Below, piece after piece: positions 24,201-36,225 of a DNA stretch of 64,000 bases. The translations under genes were made by a program, and so were the position numbers. Under the pieces are notes generated by a model. It was not told the DNA's origin and made no database searches. It was given only the letters and a program-made list of their open reading frames with translations. The DNA comes from Eutreptiella sp. 'Long Island Sound 2002' (taxonomy: Eukaryota > Protista > Euglenida), in NCBI GenBank assembly GCA_964036045.1, contig OZ038379.1, forward strand, positions 6,138,001 to 6,202,000, in the 5' to 3' direction. Numbering within the stretch: position 1 is the stretch's first letter; each line of letters starts with the position of its first letter.

Positions 24201-26512
24201 GGGTTACGGAAATGCTGTGCCGCAGTATGCACACGGTGCAGACTCTTTGTACCTCAACAAATGCTCGCATCCTAGTTTTGGCCCCTCTTCACAAGTCTAT
24301 TGTTCCATGGCAAGTTTTGTCATCTTACTCCACCATTTTAGCAACCACTTTCCCTTCCCAAAACCCGATAGTTGGTCACACCAACGGGGAGTTTTGATTG
24401 CCCACATAGAGCCTTTGTAGCCTTGGCACCTTTCTTTTGAGGAGTGGTTGACTAGTTTCCAGTTCTAGCTGTGACCAGCCGTGTCCTTGTGGAGGCTATT
24501 ATCTTCGTGGTCAATTCTTGGAGGGAGGATATCAATGGAGTGCTCTTCCCAACATGAAGGGCCAAGAGTGGAGTTTTTTTATTGCAGTGTGTCCGCACAA
24601 GGATACTAGGAAGTTTAACCAGATTGAGTGCAATAAGGAATGCGAGCACCACCACGAAATATATTTTTTCGCCTACATTCAACAAGTGCATGATTCGACG
24701 ACGGAGTGCAAAGCAAAGAGTGTATGGGAATTACGTGACAGAAAGAATGCTTCCGTAGACTCACAGTTATCGGTTGTTTAGCACAACCATGGATGCAGCA
24801 TGCAGCAAATTGCTCATGGTTGGTGAGGTGAGGATATTTTCATGATCTCAAACTTCCTGTTTTCCATCGTTCCCTACATTCTTTGATCGGCTTCGAATAA
24901 AGCTAAAATTTTTAGGTCTTGATTGTGGCGATGCACGAAAAAGAAAACACAACAAGGGGCACACATGTGTGGAAACATTTATGACTCAAACTCGCACGTT
25001 TTTAGCATCTTTGAAGCCTCCTTGGCTAGCCCCGATGCACCCCTTGTTGCCATTGTTCCTCTTCACTTCCTCCCGTGCGTACTTGCTCATGGTGACTTGG
25101 CCCGTAGAGCTTGAACAGGCATGTTTTGTTCGCTTCCCTATATGAGCCACAAAGGAGAGCTTGTGAGAGGTGCTGAGCCGAACAGTGTGAATTGCAATGC
25201 CTGTGCCAGTACCATAAAAATTTGTTGCCTGCTATGTTGCTCAACCTCCCAATGTACTCGGTGGTCTACTATCTTTGTTTAAATCAACAAGATGCCGTGG
25301 TACATTCTTCTCTACTTGTTGTCCGGTGGCCCTCTCATTGGCACTTACAATGTGGTCCAATCTACCGGTCGAGTCTACATCGCCCTGTACTAAAACAGCC
25401 CTTAAGATACAAACATGGCGATTAGCTGACAGACAACTTTTGATTATTGCGTGCTCCAAGCATTAATTGTTGTGCATGCAGCTGTTTGTGCTGCTGAGCC
25501 CGAGTCTTGTCCATCACTTTTTCGTCTGTCATCCACCCATCACTTGGAGTGTGCCTTCAAACTCCATTAGCTTGAAGCAGGTGCATGACAGCCTTCGCGG
25601 CGGGCATTCTAGGGCCAAGGAAGTCAGTGATTAAGCTTGTTCTCTCTTCAATTCGCGGCATGCATCATCTTGTGGTGAATAAGATTGGGAGGTCATTCGG
25701 TGCATTGACGTCGCGGGGCATACACATTGCTCACTATCATCTACAAAATTGCCAATGAAACAAAGGCCATATCATAGTGCAATGCGTGAGATGCATGCTG
25801 TTTGTCCACAATTTGAACAAGAAACCAGGCTCACCACAACTGGCTGAAGAGGCCCAAAGCACATCATGTCATTATTCCATGCCCCGTTGATGCCATCAAT
25901 GGTGAGCCCTGGGGGTAACACCCATGGTGAGTCGCAGTTGCCATCCTAAAAGGCGTGTTTGTTCAACCAGTTTCGCACTTTGGACAAGATGATGCACCGT
26001 TTGACAGGCATGTGATGTACCATGGAATGCACGCATTTCACCGGTGCTTGTACTGCGTGTTGGCTCCTTTCATATGCTCAGTGTATGCCTTTGTGTATTG
26101 CACACATGGTGTGCGCGCGCACACACACACACACGCACACACAAATATACGATTCAGGCAGCACGCCCCGAACCAACTCTAGCACAGACAGCCCTAGCAC
26201 AGATAGGCACACAGGTCAATTACATCTGGATCTGGGCATCAACAAAATGGAATTGCAGCGCATTGTGCTAGTGACGGATGCCAGCGGTCTTTTGAGGTTC
26301 ACGTAGTTACTCAAAGCAAGGTTCAAGATGTATGGCACAACTTGCAGCCCGGAACACGAGCCATTTTCCTGTTCATAGTGTGCAGTGCGGGCATCCTTCA
26401 GCCCTGCAAGGGCTTGCACGGCACTGGTGCCCACGTTGTTGCCTTCAGTATACAACATCAGGTGTGCAGTGCAGCAGCATTCTTCGGCTCCGCAAGGGCT
26501 TGCAAACCACTG

Positions 26513-28228
26513 TCACCACACATTGTTGCCCTCAAGATTCAAGGTCAGAGTGTGCAGTGCAGCGGCATTCTTTAGCTCCGAAAAGGCTTGCACACCACTG
26601 TCCCCCACAGAGTTGTATTCAAGATTCAAGGTCAGAGTGTGCAGCGCAGCAGCATTCTTCAGCTCCGCAAGGGCTTGTGCACCACTAGCGCCCACTTTGT
26701 TGAATTCAAGATTCAAGATCAGAGTGTGTAGTGCAGCGGCATTCTTCAGCTGGGCAAGAGCTTGCACAACAGTCTTCCCCACGTTGTTGTGTGCAAGATC
26801 TAGGGTCAAAGTGTGCATTGCAGCGGCATTCTTCAGCTCTGCAAGGGCTTGCACACCACTGTCCCACACGTTGTTGTACCAAAGATCCAAGGTCACAGCG
26901 TGTAGTGCAGCGGCATTCTTTAGCCCTGCAAGGGCTTGCACACCACTGTCACCCACACTGTTGCCCTCAAGATTCAAGGTCAGAGTGTGCAGTGCAGCGG
27001 CATTCTTCAGCTCCGAAAAGGCTTGCACACCACTGTCCCCCACATAGTTGTATTCAAGATTCAAGGTCAGAGTGTGCAGCGCAGCAGCATTCTTCAGCTC
27101 CGCAAGGGCTTCAGCACCACTAGCGCCCACTTTGTTGAATTCAAGATTCAAGGTCAGAGTGTGTAGTGCAACGGCATTCTTCAACTCGGCAAGGGCTTGC
27201 ACACCACTGTCCCACACGTTGTTGTGTGCAAGATCCAAGGTCACAGTGTGCAGTGCAACGGCATTCTTCAGCCCTACAAGGGCTTGCACACCACTGTCAC
27301 CCACATTGTTGCCCTCAAAATTCAGGATCGGAGTGTGCAGTGCAGCAGCATCCTTCAGCTCCGCAAGGGCTTGCACACCACTGGTGCCCACGTTGGTGCC
27401 TCCAAGATCCACGGTCAGAGTGTGCACTGCAACGGCATTCTTCAGCCCTACAAGGGCTTGTGTACCACTGTCCCCCACATTGTTGTCCCCAAGTTCCAAG
27501 ATTAGAGTGTGCAGTGCATCGGCGTGCTTCATCTCCGCAAGGGCTTGCACACCACTGTCACCGACATTGTTGCCCTCCAGATTCAGGGTCAGAGTGTGCA
27601 GTGTAGTGGCATTCTTCAGCTCCGCAAGGGCTTCCGCACCGCTGTCACCCACGTTGTTGTACCAAAGATCGAAGGTTAGAGTGTGCAGTGCAGTGGTATT
27701 CTTCAGCTCCGCAAGGGCTTGCGCACCACTGTCACCCACATTGTTGCCCTCCGATTTCAGGGTCAGAGTGTGCAGTGTAGTGGCATTCTTCAGCTCCGCA
27801 AGGGCTTCCGCACCACTATCACCCACGTTGTTGTACCAAAGATCGAAGGTTAGAGTGTGCGGTGCAGTGGTATTCTTCAGCTCCGCAAGGGCTTGCGCAC
27901 CACTGTCACCCACATTGTTGTACCAAAGATCCAAGGTCAAAGTGTGCAGCGCAGCCGCATTCTTTAGCCCTGCAAGGGCTTGCAAACCACTGTCCCCCAC
28001 GTTCATGCGTGTAAGATTCAGGGTCAGAGTGTGCAGTGCAGTGGCATTCTTCAGCTCTGCAAGGGCCTGCGCACCACTGTCACCCACATTGTTGTACCAA
28101 AGATCCAAGGTCAGAGTGTGCAGCGCAGCCGCATTCTTCAGCCCTGCAAGGGCTTGCACACCATTGTCCACTACTAAAAAGCGCAAAGACGGGTGGATGT
28201 GCTTTGCAATTTTCTCACCAACATGCAA
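26513..28228 (-). CDS. Ribonuclease-inhibitor-like LRR protein (19 x 29-aa repeats), probably partial or decaying
   Basis: 571-codon ORF of VGDSGAQALAELKNAAALHTLTLDLWYNN repeats with an 87-bp period. About two more frameshifted repeats continue to ~26370. The first ~20 aa do not look like LRR, so the true start is uncertain. Confidence 0.8.
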   Translation of the reverse strand: MHVGEKIAKHIHPSLRFLVVDNGVQALAGLKNAAALHTLTLDLWYNNVGDSGAQALAELKNATALHTLTLNLTRMNVGDSGLQALAGLKNAAALHTLTLDLWYNNVGDSGAQALAELKNTTAPHTLTFDLWYNNVGDSGAEALAELKNATTLHTLTLKSEGNNVGDSGAQALAELKNTTALHTLTFDLWYNNVGDSGAEALAELKNATTLHTLTLNLEGNNVGDSGVQALAEMKHADALHTLILELGDNNVGDSGTQALVGLKNAVAVHTLTVDLGGTNVGTSGVQALAELKDAAALHTPILNFEGNNVGDSGVQALVGLKNAVALHTVTLDLAHNNVWDSGVQALAELKNAVALHTLTLNLEFNKVGASGAEALAELKNAAALHTLTLNLEYNYVGDSGVQAFSELKNAAALHTLTLNLEGNSVGDSGVQALAGLKNAAALHAVTLDLWYNNVWDSGVQALAELKNAAAMHTLTLDLAHNNVGKTVVQALAQLKNAAALHTLILNLEFNKVGASGAQALAELKNAAALHTLTLNLEYNSVGDSGVQAFSELKNAAALHTLTLNLEGNNVW

Positions 28229-29230
28229 CGCTTGTTAGTTGAGTGTTGCAACACGGGTTGTATGGTGGTCTAACCTGCCCCCTCTTGCATGTCCAATGGA
28301 AAGCGCATGGTAACTTGGTACCTATGTATGTTGCATGCAGCACTTGTTGTTGCAAGGGACGCAAGACTGAGCATCGCATGGGCAGCAAGAATACCCATGG
28401 ACATGTTCTTCTTCGTTGTCCTCCTCCCCATTGTCCGCGTTGTCTGGTTGTAGGTCAATGCTTCACAGCCATGCATGGTGCTGCTCCATAGGGGTCCATA
28501 GTCTGTGCGCCACTCCCACAACCTCTGCCTCCTCGTTGTCTTGCTGCGAAATCTTTTTTGGCGGTATGTGTGTTGATGGTGTTCTCTGCCGAGGGCTGGC
28601 GGGCCATTCTTCACGCAACAGAGCAAGTTTGTAAGGTTCCCATCACTGCCAAGGAATACAATACAATCCCGAACCAATGGTGGTGGTGACTATTCAGGAG
28701 CACCTATAAATGGACTCATGCAGCCATACATCCATTGAGTGGTGTACATGGCCTTTGTCCTCCACGAGCCTCTGGCCATAGAGGGCTACACCCCTGCGGC
28801 GCGCCCGCGGCGGGCGTTAGGAATCATTCTGTCAGCAAACAAGGTAGACGATTCGATGTTATTGTATTTCCTACTTTTTCATACTCCACCCCTCTACACC
28901 GGGCAATATGTCCCTTACGGACTCTTTTTTCTTTTTTTTGAGCCCCCCACCCCTCCCTCGTTTACCCGTGTGTGTTGGGGCTCGGGCTTGGGGTGATGGG
29001 GAATGCCAGGTTATGTAGCCGCTCCGCCCATGGTCCATTATTCGTCATTTTCACCACATACACTCTTTTTTATGTTGATTTCTTCGCACCTTGGGGAAGG
29101 CAGGGGTGATGTAGCCAATCAGCCCAATTGTGGGCCTTCATCCTTCCGGTGCTACTGAGAAAACCGGGCCAATCTGTTAACCTTCTGGTGCTATTGAGGA
29201 TAACCGGTTCGCAATTCTCTCCTCCACGTT

Positions 29231-29340
29231 GGGGGCCGCTCGAGTTGGATACGGACTTCCGCACTTTGGTGTGGCCCCTTGAGTTGGGGATACGGACTCC
29301 CACGCTTCGGTGTGGCCCCTTGAGTTGGGGATAGGGATAT
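29231..29340. repeat. Short ~39-bp tandem repeat (3 copies)
   Basis: GGCCCCTTGAGTTGGGATACGGACT-like units. Confidence 0.6.
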
Positions 29341-29598
29341 ATGGCCCCCTGATCCCCATTGCACTCCATTCCACGTGAGGACAAGAAATTCACAAATGAA
29401 CTTCTAGGCAAATACCAATACCGAGCCCCAACGGGTGTGTCGAAACCGCAGAAGGATCGCATCGCCCATTGGCCGAACCTAAAGTGTCACCCCTCTCGCT
29501 TACACGGTTCCATCCACCACTAAAGCATTCAAGAATGAGTGCTGCCTCTCCATGGAACAAAACAGTTCGGCGATGTACCCGACCCCCCCCCCCTAGCA

Positions 29599-30028
29599 GC
29601 GCAGGCAAGTGTCACCCGTTCCAGTGGGAGGCGATCCTCCACTGTCCGACAGCAGAGGGACACAGAGCGGTGCCCTCCTCGGTGAGCAGAACTGGAGATT
29701 GCATGCATGTCTGGCTGGCAGGCCGAGCGGACCTCTTGCGGCTGTTCCAAAGAACGCTCTTCAGGCAGGCGGACCCGGTACCCGGGGACGCTGTGCGGTT
29801 CCTCTACACGCTGCGGAACACACCCTCGTGCGAAAGAAGATACGCATGACGGGGGATGACACATAGGGGGGGGGGGGTAGGAAAGAAAGATTGGAGCACG
29901 TGGTGCAGAAACCCAATCGTCGTGGCCCAGTGGATACACCACACCTCTGCTGTCCTGTAGAGGATGGTTCGAACCCCGGGGGGGATAGAGATACACCGAA
30001 CAACCCGAACCCCCCTTTTTTTGGGCGA

Positions 30029-30071
<43 letters not shown>

Positions 30072-30818
30072 TAGGACGCAGTGGGAAAGGAACTGAGAGG
30101 AACAACAGAGAGGAGAGAGAGAGAGAGAGTGGGGCGCAGGAGAGAGAGCAGGAGAGAATGAGGGAGAGAGTGGGAGAGAGACCCACAGAGCAAGAGTCGG
30201 GGGCTAACCGGCGCAAAGGGAGGGTGGTGGGTTGCAGCTGAACAGGGTGTATGGGACGCCAAGACAGCACTGAACAGTCAAATGGTGAACCTGAGCCACA
30301 GGCTCGACACGTGGTTACGTGTTGAAAGGCCGATGCATGACTGGGGCTGCGAGAGTGCGGCCCATGTGAGGAAGACAGAAGCAAGTAGGTATGAATATGT
30401 GGGCAGCATGCGCATGCATGGTGTGGAGCTGAAATGGTATGCGCCACGCATAGTACAGCAATGATCTGTTGAGTTGCTTGACAGCCGGAGCACTTGCTGA
30501 AATGTTGAGACGCCTTTGCGCCACCAAAGGCGCCTTTGCGCCCCTGAGGCTGGAGTACGACACGTCCTCACGTGCCAGGGAGCAAGTGCATGACAGGAGC
30601 ACGACCTGCAGGGCAAGGGTTAGAGACTAACCGGCACTGTGGGTGGGTGGTGGGTGTGAGCTGACCTCAGTGTCCACAAAGTACAGTCAGCAACCACTTG
30701 GTGTGGTACAGAACTGGTCTGCGCTGCAGTGCAGCAAGAAACACACTGAACAATGTGGTTATGACCATGCGCCTGTGACACGGGGGCGTATGCGAGCCCA
30801 GTTTCCGTTGCCTCATGG
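29599..30818 (+). mobile_element. 5'-truncated non-LTR element, copy B (C-half of 3' ORF, (GA)n, 3' UTR)
   Basis: Homologous to ~51915-53132 and ends in CTCATGG. Probable decayed TSD CCCCCCTAGCA (29588) / CCTCCCCAGCA (30819), 9/11 identical. Confidence 0.85.
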
Positions 30819-30831
30819 CCTCCCCAGCAAG

Positions 30832-30915
30832 GCAAGAACATTGAACTTAGTGTGGTGACGACCATGCGCCTGTGACACGGTGTTGTATGTGAGCCCAGTA
30901 TTCGTTGCCTCATGG
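30832..30915 (+). mobile_element. Older, diverged 3'-terminal fragment of the same element
   Basis: GACCATGCGCCTGTGACACGG..GTATGTGAGCCCAGTATTCGTTGCCTCATGG directly downstream of copy B. Confidence 0.75.
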
Positions 30916-31548
30916 CCCCCCACCCCCACCCCCAAAGGAAGATCCAACAAGCAGCGAACAGCCACTCAGCTGCATTATACCATGGCGCGCAGAACCAACC
31001 AAACACGTAGATTTGGAAGCCCTAAGTGGAGTCGACAATCCAGGAAAGTAAATCGAGGAACCAAACTTGAGTGGACCACCAGCGAAATAGGAAGAGGACG
31101 CCCAAGCAACACTTAAAATTCTACATGTGGCTCAACAACATCGCAAAGATTCAAGGCAAAGGAGTGACGGCTAGTATCCACTGCTCGGATTAGCCGAAAT
31201 AGTTGTGCAACAGCACAAGGAGCCTGGTGCATGACGCCACAACATCATCTTTAGCAACATGGCGGACTCCGTAGACGGTTGATGACATCAGAGCACAAGA
31301 ATGGGACATGGTATGCTCAAGGCGGGCCATGGAGCAAATCTAGTACATACCCCAAACACCATGGCCCACAATGTTGCACATTGTTCAATGCGTGTACTAC
31401 GTGTCGCGTGAGCTTTGAACTCCAAGCTGCTTTTACGTCTGCTGTAACAATGCGTAACTGCACATTCCATGGCACAGGGGCGAGGAGGCCCAATAGAAGT
31501 GCCAGCTACCCCAAACATTTGGCAGCAGGGGGGGGGGGGGTTGGTAGC

Positions 31549-31870
31549 CGATATTCGCTCAAGTTCTTCATCATGTTCGATGTCGTGTTGTAGCTGCAGC
31601 CAAAGGACATCGCAAAGCTTTCTTGTAGCCCATGATGATAGTTGGCGTTGCGTTGTGCGTTGCAACTCTTTTGGGGATGTCAACAAGGCTACAACAATCT
31701 ACCTGCATGGATAGCCTTTCACCTTGTGTTTCTCAATGATTGCAAAATTTATTGTTTGGCTCAACGACCGTGCCCAATCATCGGCTTAATTAAGTCTAGT
31801 TGCGGTCCATTTTCAATTTCGTGTTTTATACAAGTGGCGGCATGCAACATTAGAGTTGAACAAAGGGAAC
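31549..31870. repeat. Dispersed ~320-bp duplication (second copy ~36302-36615)
   Basis: Shared CGCTCAAGTT.TTCATCATGTTCG, CAAAGGACATCGCAAA and TTTCTCAATGATTGCAAAATTTATTGTT. Confidence 0.8.
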
Positions 31871-32129
31871 AGCAAGGCATCGTGAAATGCCATCACAAGC
31901 TATGCCGTAGTTGAGATGTGCTTCAATGTAGTCTGAAACACATCACACAATGGACATATGCAATTAGTGATCTCTAGAATTTTGCTTTAATTGAACATGA
32001 CATTTGCCATTTTAATAGTACATTGGTTCTTAATGAGGACATTGTTAACCAGCACTATTATTTTAACATGTTACGGTCAATTTGGATTTTGGTTTACATT
32101 TCATTGAGGATTAGGCGTGGCATATGCAT

Positions 32130-35100
32130 CAGTCAAAAGGACATTACCAAGGTATCATGCAATACCATGACGAGGTACACCGTGGTGCTTAAATGTAGTC
32201 ATCAAGGCCATCACATCAAAATCACACAACCGACGTGTGCACAGGATAGAGTTTCGTACCAAATTTTTGTACCCCCCCCCCCCTTAATGATTAAGTACTT
32301 GTGTGGCATCATGTTACCCTCCATGATTGGTGTTGCCACATATCTTTTTCCCGAAGTGTGGTCTATGTAGGTATCAACTTTGTGGTTGAGTTGTTCACGA
32401 AGCCCAATGATAATAGACAACACTCTCCGGCTTGGCATCAACCATATCCTAACGGCTTTTGGAAGGCTGCCACCAATTATAGGCAGAACGGTGGAGATGA
32501 CGGAATGCCCAACCGTACAACAAAGCGTCTACGACTACCAATGCGCACCGCTCTTCATGGGGATTCATATGTTGAACACCATGCGGCGTACCACTCACCG
32601 CAGACCGTTGCCTGATATGGGTAGCATGAGAGGCTCTGGCTTTTTGAGCCAATGGGAGTCCTCCACGATTTGGCGATGCTAAGAAGGTAGTGTGCAGATG
32701 GAAACCTTAATTTGTCCCTCGTATGGGTATGCAAGAAGGCAACATTTATCTACACACCTTTCATCTTGTGCCTCGTGGTGAGCCGCAGAAGCCACACGAG
32801 ATGTCGCCACTTTGATTGCTCCCCATCCTTCAAACCGGGCACCTTTTGCAAATGCCCCTTACATTCCTCCGTAGGCTTGCATCCAGGGCTTCATTTGACG
32901 TCCTCCAAAAAGGCTCCGAAATCCGTTTCCTCCCCGTCTATCTCCTCCGCCTTTACCCGCAAGACCTACAAGTGTCAAGGAAGGGTCACATGGCCACTTT
33001 GATTTCTCCACAAGGTGGGACCCCGTAATGGCACAAGTTAATTGGCGTTTCAGTTTCTCGCAACTTTGCCAGCCGGGAGAGTGTATTCGTTGTGTTGGCA
33101 TTGGGATTGCATTTAATATAGGCAATTTAGTTGCTTTTTGTACCCAGACCCTATCACGTAGGGTTAATGTAGCTAGTTTGAGTACTCCCGGATGTGGGGG
33201 CGCTGAAATGGCACATGGTATGCTTCCTCGTTATCTCGATCTTGGGAGATTGGAGGTTATTCAACTGCTTTTATTTCATGACGTGGTGAACCCACACATT
33301 ATGTCGCTACTTGTATTTCCCCTCGATGGGGCATCTTGAGAGGGTACACGATGTATAGCCTTTTTGATTTTTCCGCACGTGGGGATGTGGGCATGTGGGC
33401 TAGGTATATGGCAGATGCTACGCCACCCCTGCACATGTCTTCCTCTGTAACGGCCAGGGTTTGACCAGTTGCAGTGTGCTTACACAACCACGGATGTGAC
33501 AATGGTCCCAGTTGTGCAGCCCAATAGCCATATGGGCCAATACTAAGACTTGATGCCAAAACCTAGGTCATTCTAGAGGCCCATGTCAGCCTGACACACA
33601 ACACAAGAAAAAGTAAAATACTAATGCCTACCCTGGAATAGCACAACCGTCAATGGCACGCACGAGACGTGAGGATGCGTCCTACCAAACTTGCTTGGCT
33701 AGGGGCTAGCAGTGCGTGAGGACAGTGCAAGGGGCCGATGTTCAATGTCCTCCCTAAGGCACTTCCTCCACCCCTAGCAGCAACAGCAAGGGCCATATTT
33801 TCCAACCACGTGATCATCATGTCCCTCACCTCGTCCTCTTCAACCCCCCCCCCCCCCCCCCCCGCCAACAGTCGTCCTACTTGTCCTCCGCCCCATCTGC
33901 TGCTCTGTCTTTGACTGCTACATCTTTGACCGCGACATTCTTTTGCGTGTCCTCTTTTAAGGTCTTGGAGAGATGCGTGGTGACCTCCACGTTGAGTCCA
34001 TTGGACAGGGAGATCTCAAGTGCCCACAGTTGCCGATTCCTACCTTGTAGGCGAATCACGGACTGAGACGGCATGGTGTTGGCGTTGACAAGGTTTAGTC
34101 TTTACACTTGCACGCAACAGAGGCAAATTATGACCAAATAGTTGTCATTCCAATTTTTTCATGATGTGAGGCCGCGTCATCTCCTGTAACCTTGCATGAG
34201 GATTACTACCAGTGCTTCGCCGCCTCACCCGTGGTGCGTGCCCAACTGGCATAATTCGGTGAATGCTTTTCGACTAGAATGGTTGTATGCCAGGAAACAG
34301 CTGTTGGTGACAATCATGTGTATGGACATTGACCTTCATTGGTTGAGTGTTGTGCAAAGATGGCCTAACGTTTTGGGGCCAAATGTCACGGACATCACAA
34401 ATTCACTAATAATACTCCACTACGCTTGATTTTATTTGGGTGAAATGAGTTGCGGTGTAAAGAGGTGCCATCCCTGCAGTGTGTTGGTACTTAGAATGCA
34501 TTTTACAGAACAACATGCATGACATGAGCCCTCGAATTGGTGTAGTTCTCAAGACAATGGGAAGATATCTTTTTGTTCACGCATTCATTAGTCTAGTGTA
34601 CTCGCAATGTCGTTGTTGTGGTTGGTTGCGGAGGTGGGGAATTTGGTTTGGAATGCCTTTCTTGCATTGGCAGTAGCACACAAATACCCAAGATATTCAT
34701 CACGCACCCTCAAGCGTACTTCGGATTTATGAAATGAAATAGTTTTGAAAGTGTGATTGGCATTACTCTAAACCATAATAAGACCACTGTTAGCGAGGTT
34801 CCAATCATGGGACACCAATTAAGAGCAAACCATGACTCTTCTTTCACAATGTTGTCTTGATGTTGGTATGATGAGTCTTGGTGAACCCTTTGTGAACCAA
34901 TTTTTTTTGGTCGTATTTGACGAATTTCCGACACATTGTTTTGCATGGTGCCTTGCTATTGTGCCCTCTTGACATGCTCTCTTTGCTAAACTTGAGGAAA
35001 ACTAAGTACTTTGGAATTGTGTCCACATTCACACCCCGGTGCACGAGCGCAATATAGTTTCACATGAATTTGGCGATTGCAACTTTCTCACGAATTTTGC

Positions 35101-36225
35101 ATTAATCTTGCATTCACGCCACATGTGGTTTCCCCACAAGCCACACATTCTTTCCCTTGTGTAATAGAGCTTTATTGGCGTCATGTCCCAACACTTGTCT
35201 CAGCTCCGTCTGTGCCAGACTTCGCTGCCAACACCCACTGCCGCACAATCTAGGAGAGTCTCCCCCTTGATGTAATGTTCTTCTCTTTGGCCAAAGCCAT
35301 CACCATAATGTCTTGGGCCTCAATAAACGGGGGCAGGGCATAGAAAGCCATTTGGTCAATTTGTGATACCATTTTCATTGTTTCCTTTAGGGTCCAGATG
35401 GATACGCCCATATGGCACTTGAGGGTCCACATGGGACTGCCCCTATGGCACTTGACGGTACACCCACATTCCCAAAATGCGAACAACCTACATACCAACC
35501 AATCAGAATCCAAACAACAAACCTTCTAGCGGAGCATCCACACTTGGGAATCTGCGCCTTGCGTTATAGTGTTCCACAAATTTTTCCAACTTGCTTGTTG
35601 TCCATTCATTAGTTGCGTATTCTGCATGAATTGCTGCTCGGCTGGGACCATCCTGGGCGGCGACCGCCTGGACCCGATGGACAAGTTCCAGCTGCCATTG
35701 AAGCACATTTTTCTTAGGTGGCATTGGTGTGGCAAAAAAGGCTTGTGGGAACAGCAGCAAGTTGAGAGTTCCAGGTCCCACCATGGCATCATCCTCCCAT
35801 GATTGGTAGAGGGTTGGGGCCCAAGAGACCGCAGGTGGAAGCCTCAACACCAACAGCAACAACATGGCATCAACGGCAAGCTCTCAAAGGTTTTACGTAT
35901 GGCAAAAAGTTTCAAAAAACCCTGTTTTAAGGCCAATGTGTGCCAAGCTGACTCCACCCATGGCGCCCACAATCCAGCATGGTCCCTTGATGCATGGGAA
36001 AGAATTGGTTGCTTCAGTGAGTCATGCGTGCAACAACTTTAGAACAGGGGCAAGAATGGATTTCTTCTAAAACTTCTTCACCGCGTATTATGGAAGAGTA
36101 GGGACATTTCTGATGTATCCTGCGCATCTCCGTCCTTTCCTTCTCGGCAAGCTGCCACCCACAAGCTAAAGCAGCCAATTGGCTGCTGCGATGCAACGCA
36201 ATAGTACCGTGACAATGGTAGTGCC
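32130..36225. repeat. ~4.1-kb duplicated block, copy 1 (empty site for the LINE)
   Basis: Colinear with 44440-46735 plus 53133-54775. Minus-strand coding-like remnants could not be assigned to a family. Confidence 0.9.

Noticed and set aside
27048-28238. 396-aa + strand ORF (and 26385-27047)
   Set aside because: Antisense shadow of the LRR repeat.
28270-28677. GSDGNL in a 135-aa ORF as a possible OTU DGNC motif
   Set aside because: No Cys at the catalytic position and no downstream OTU motifs.
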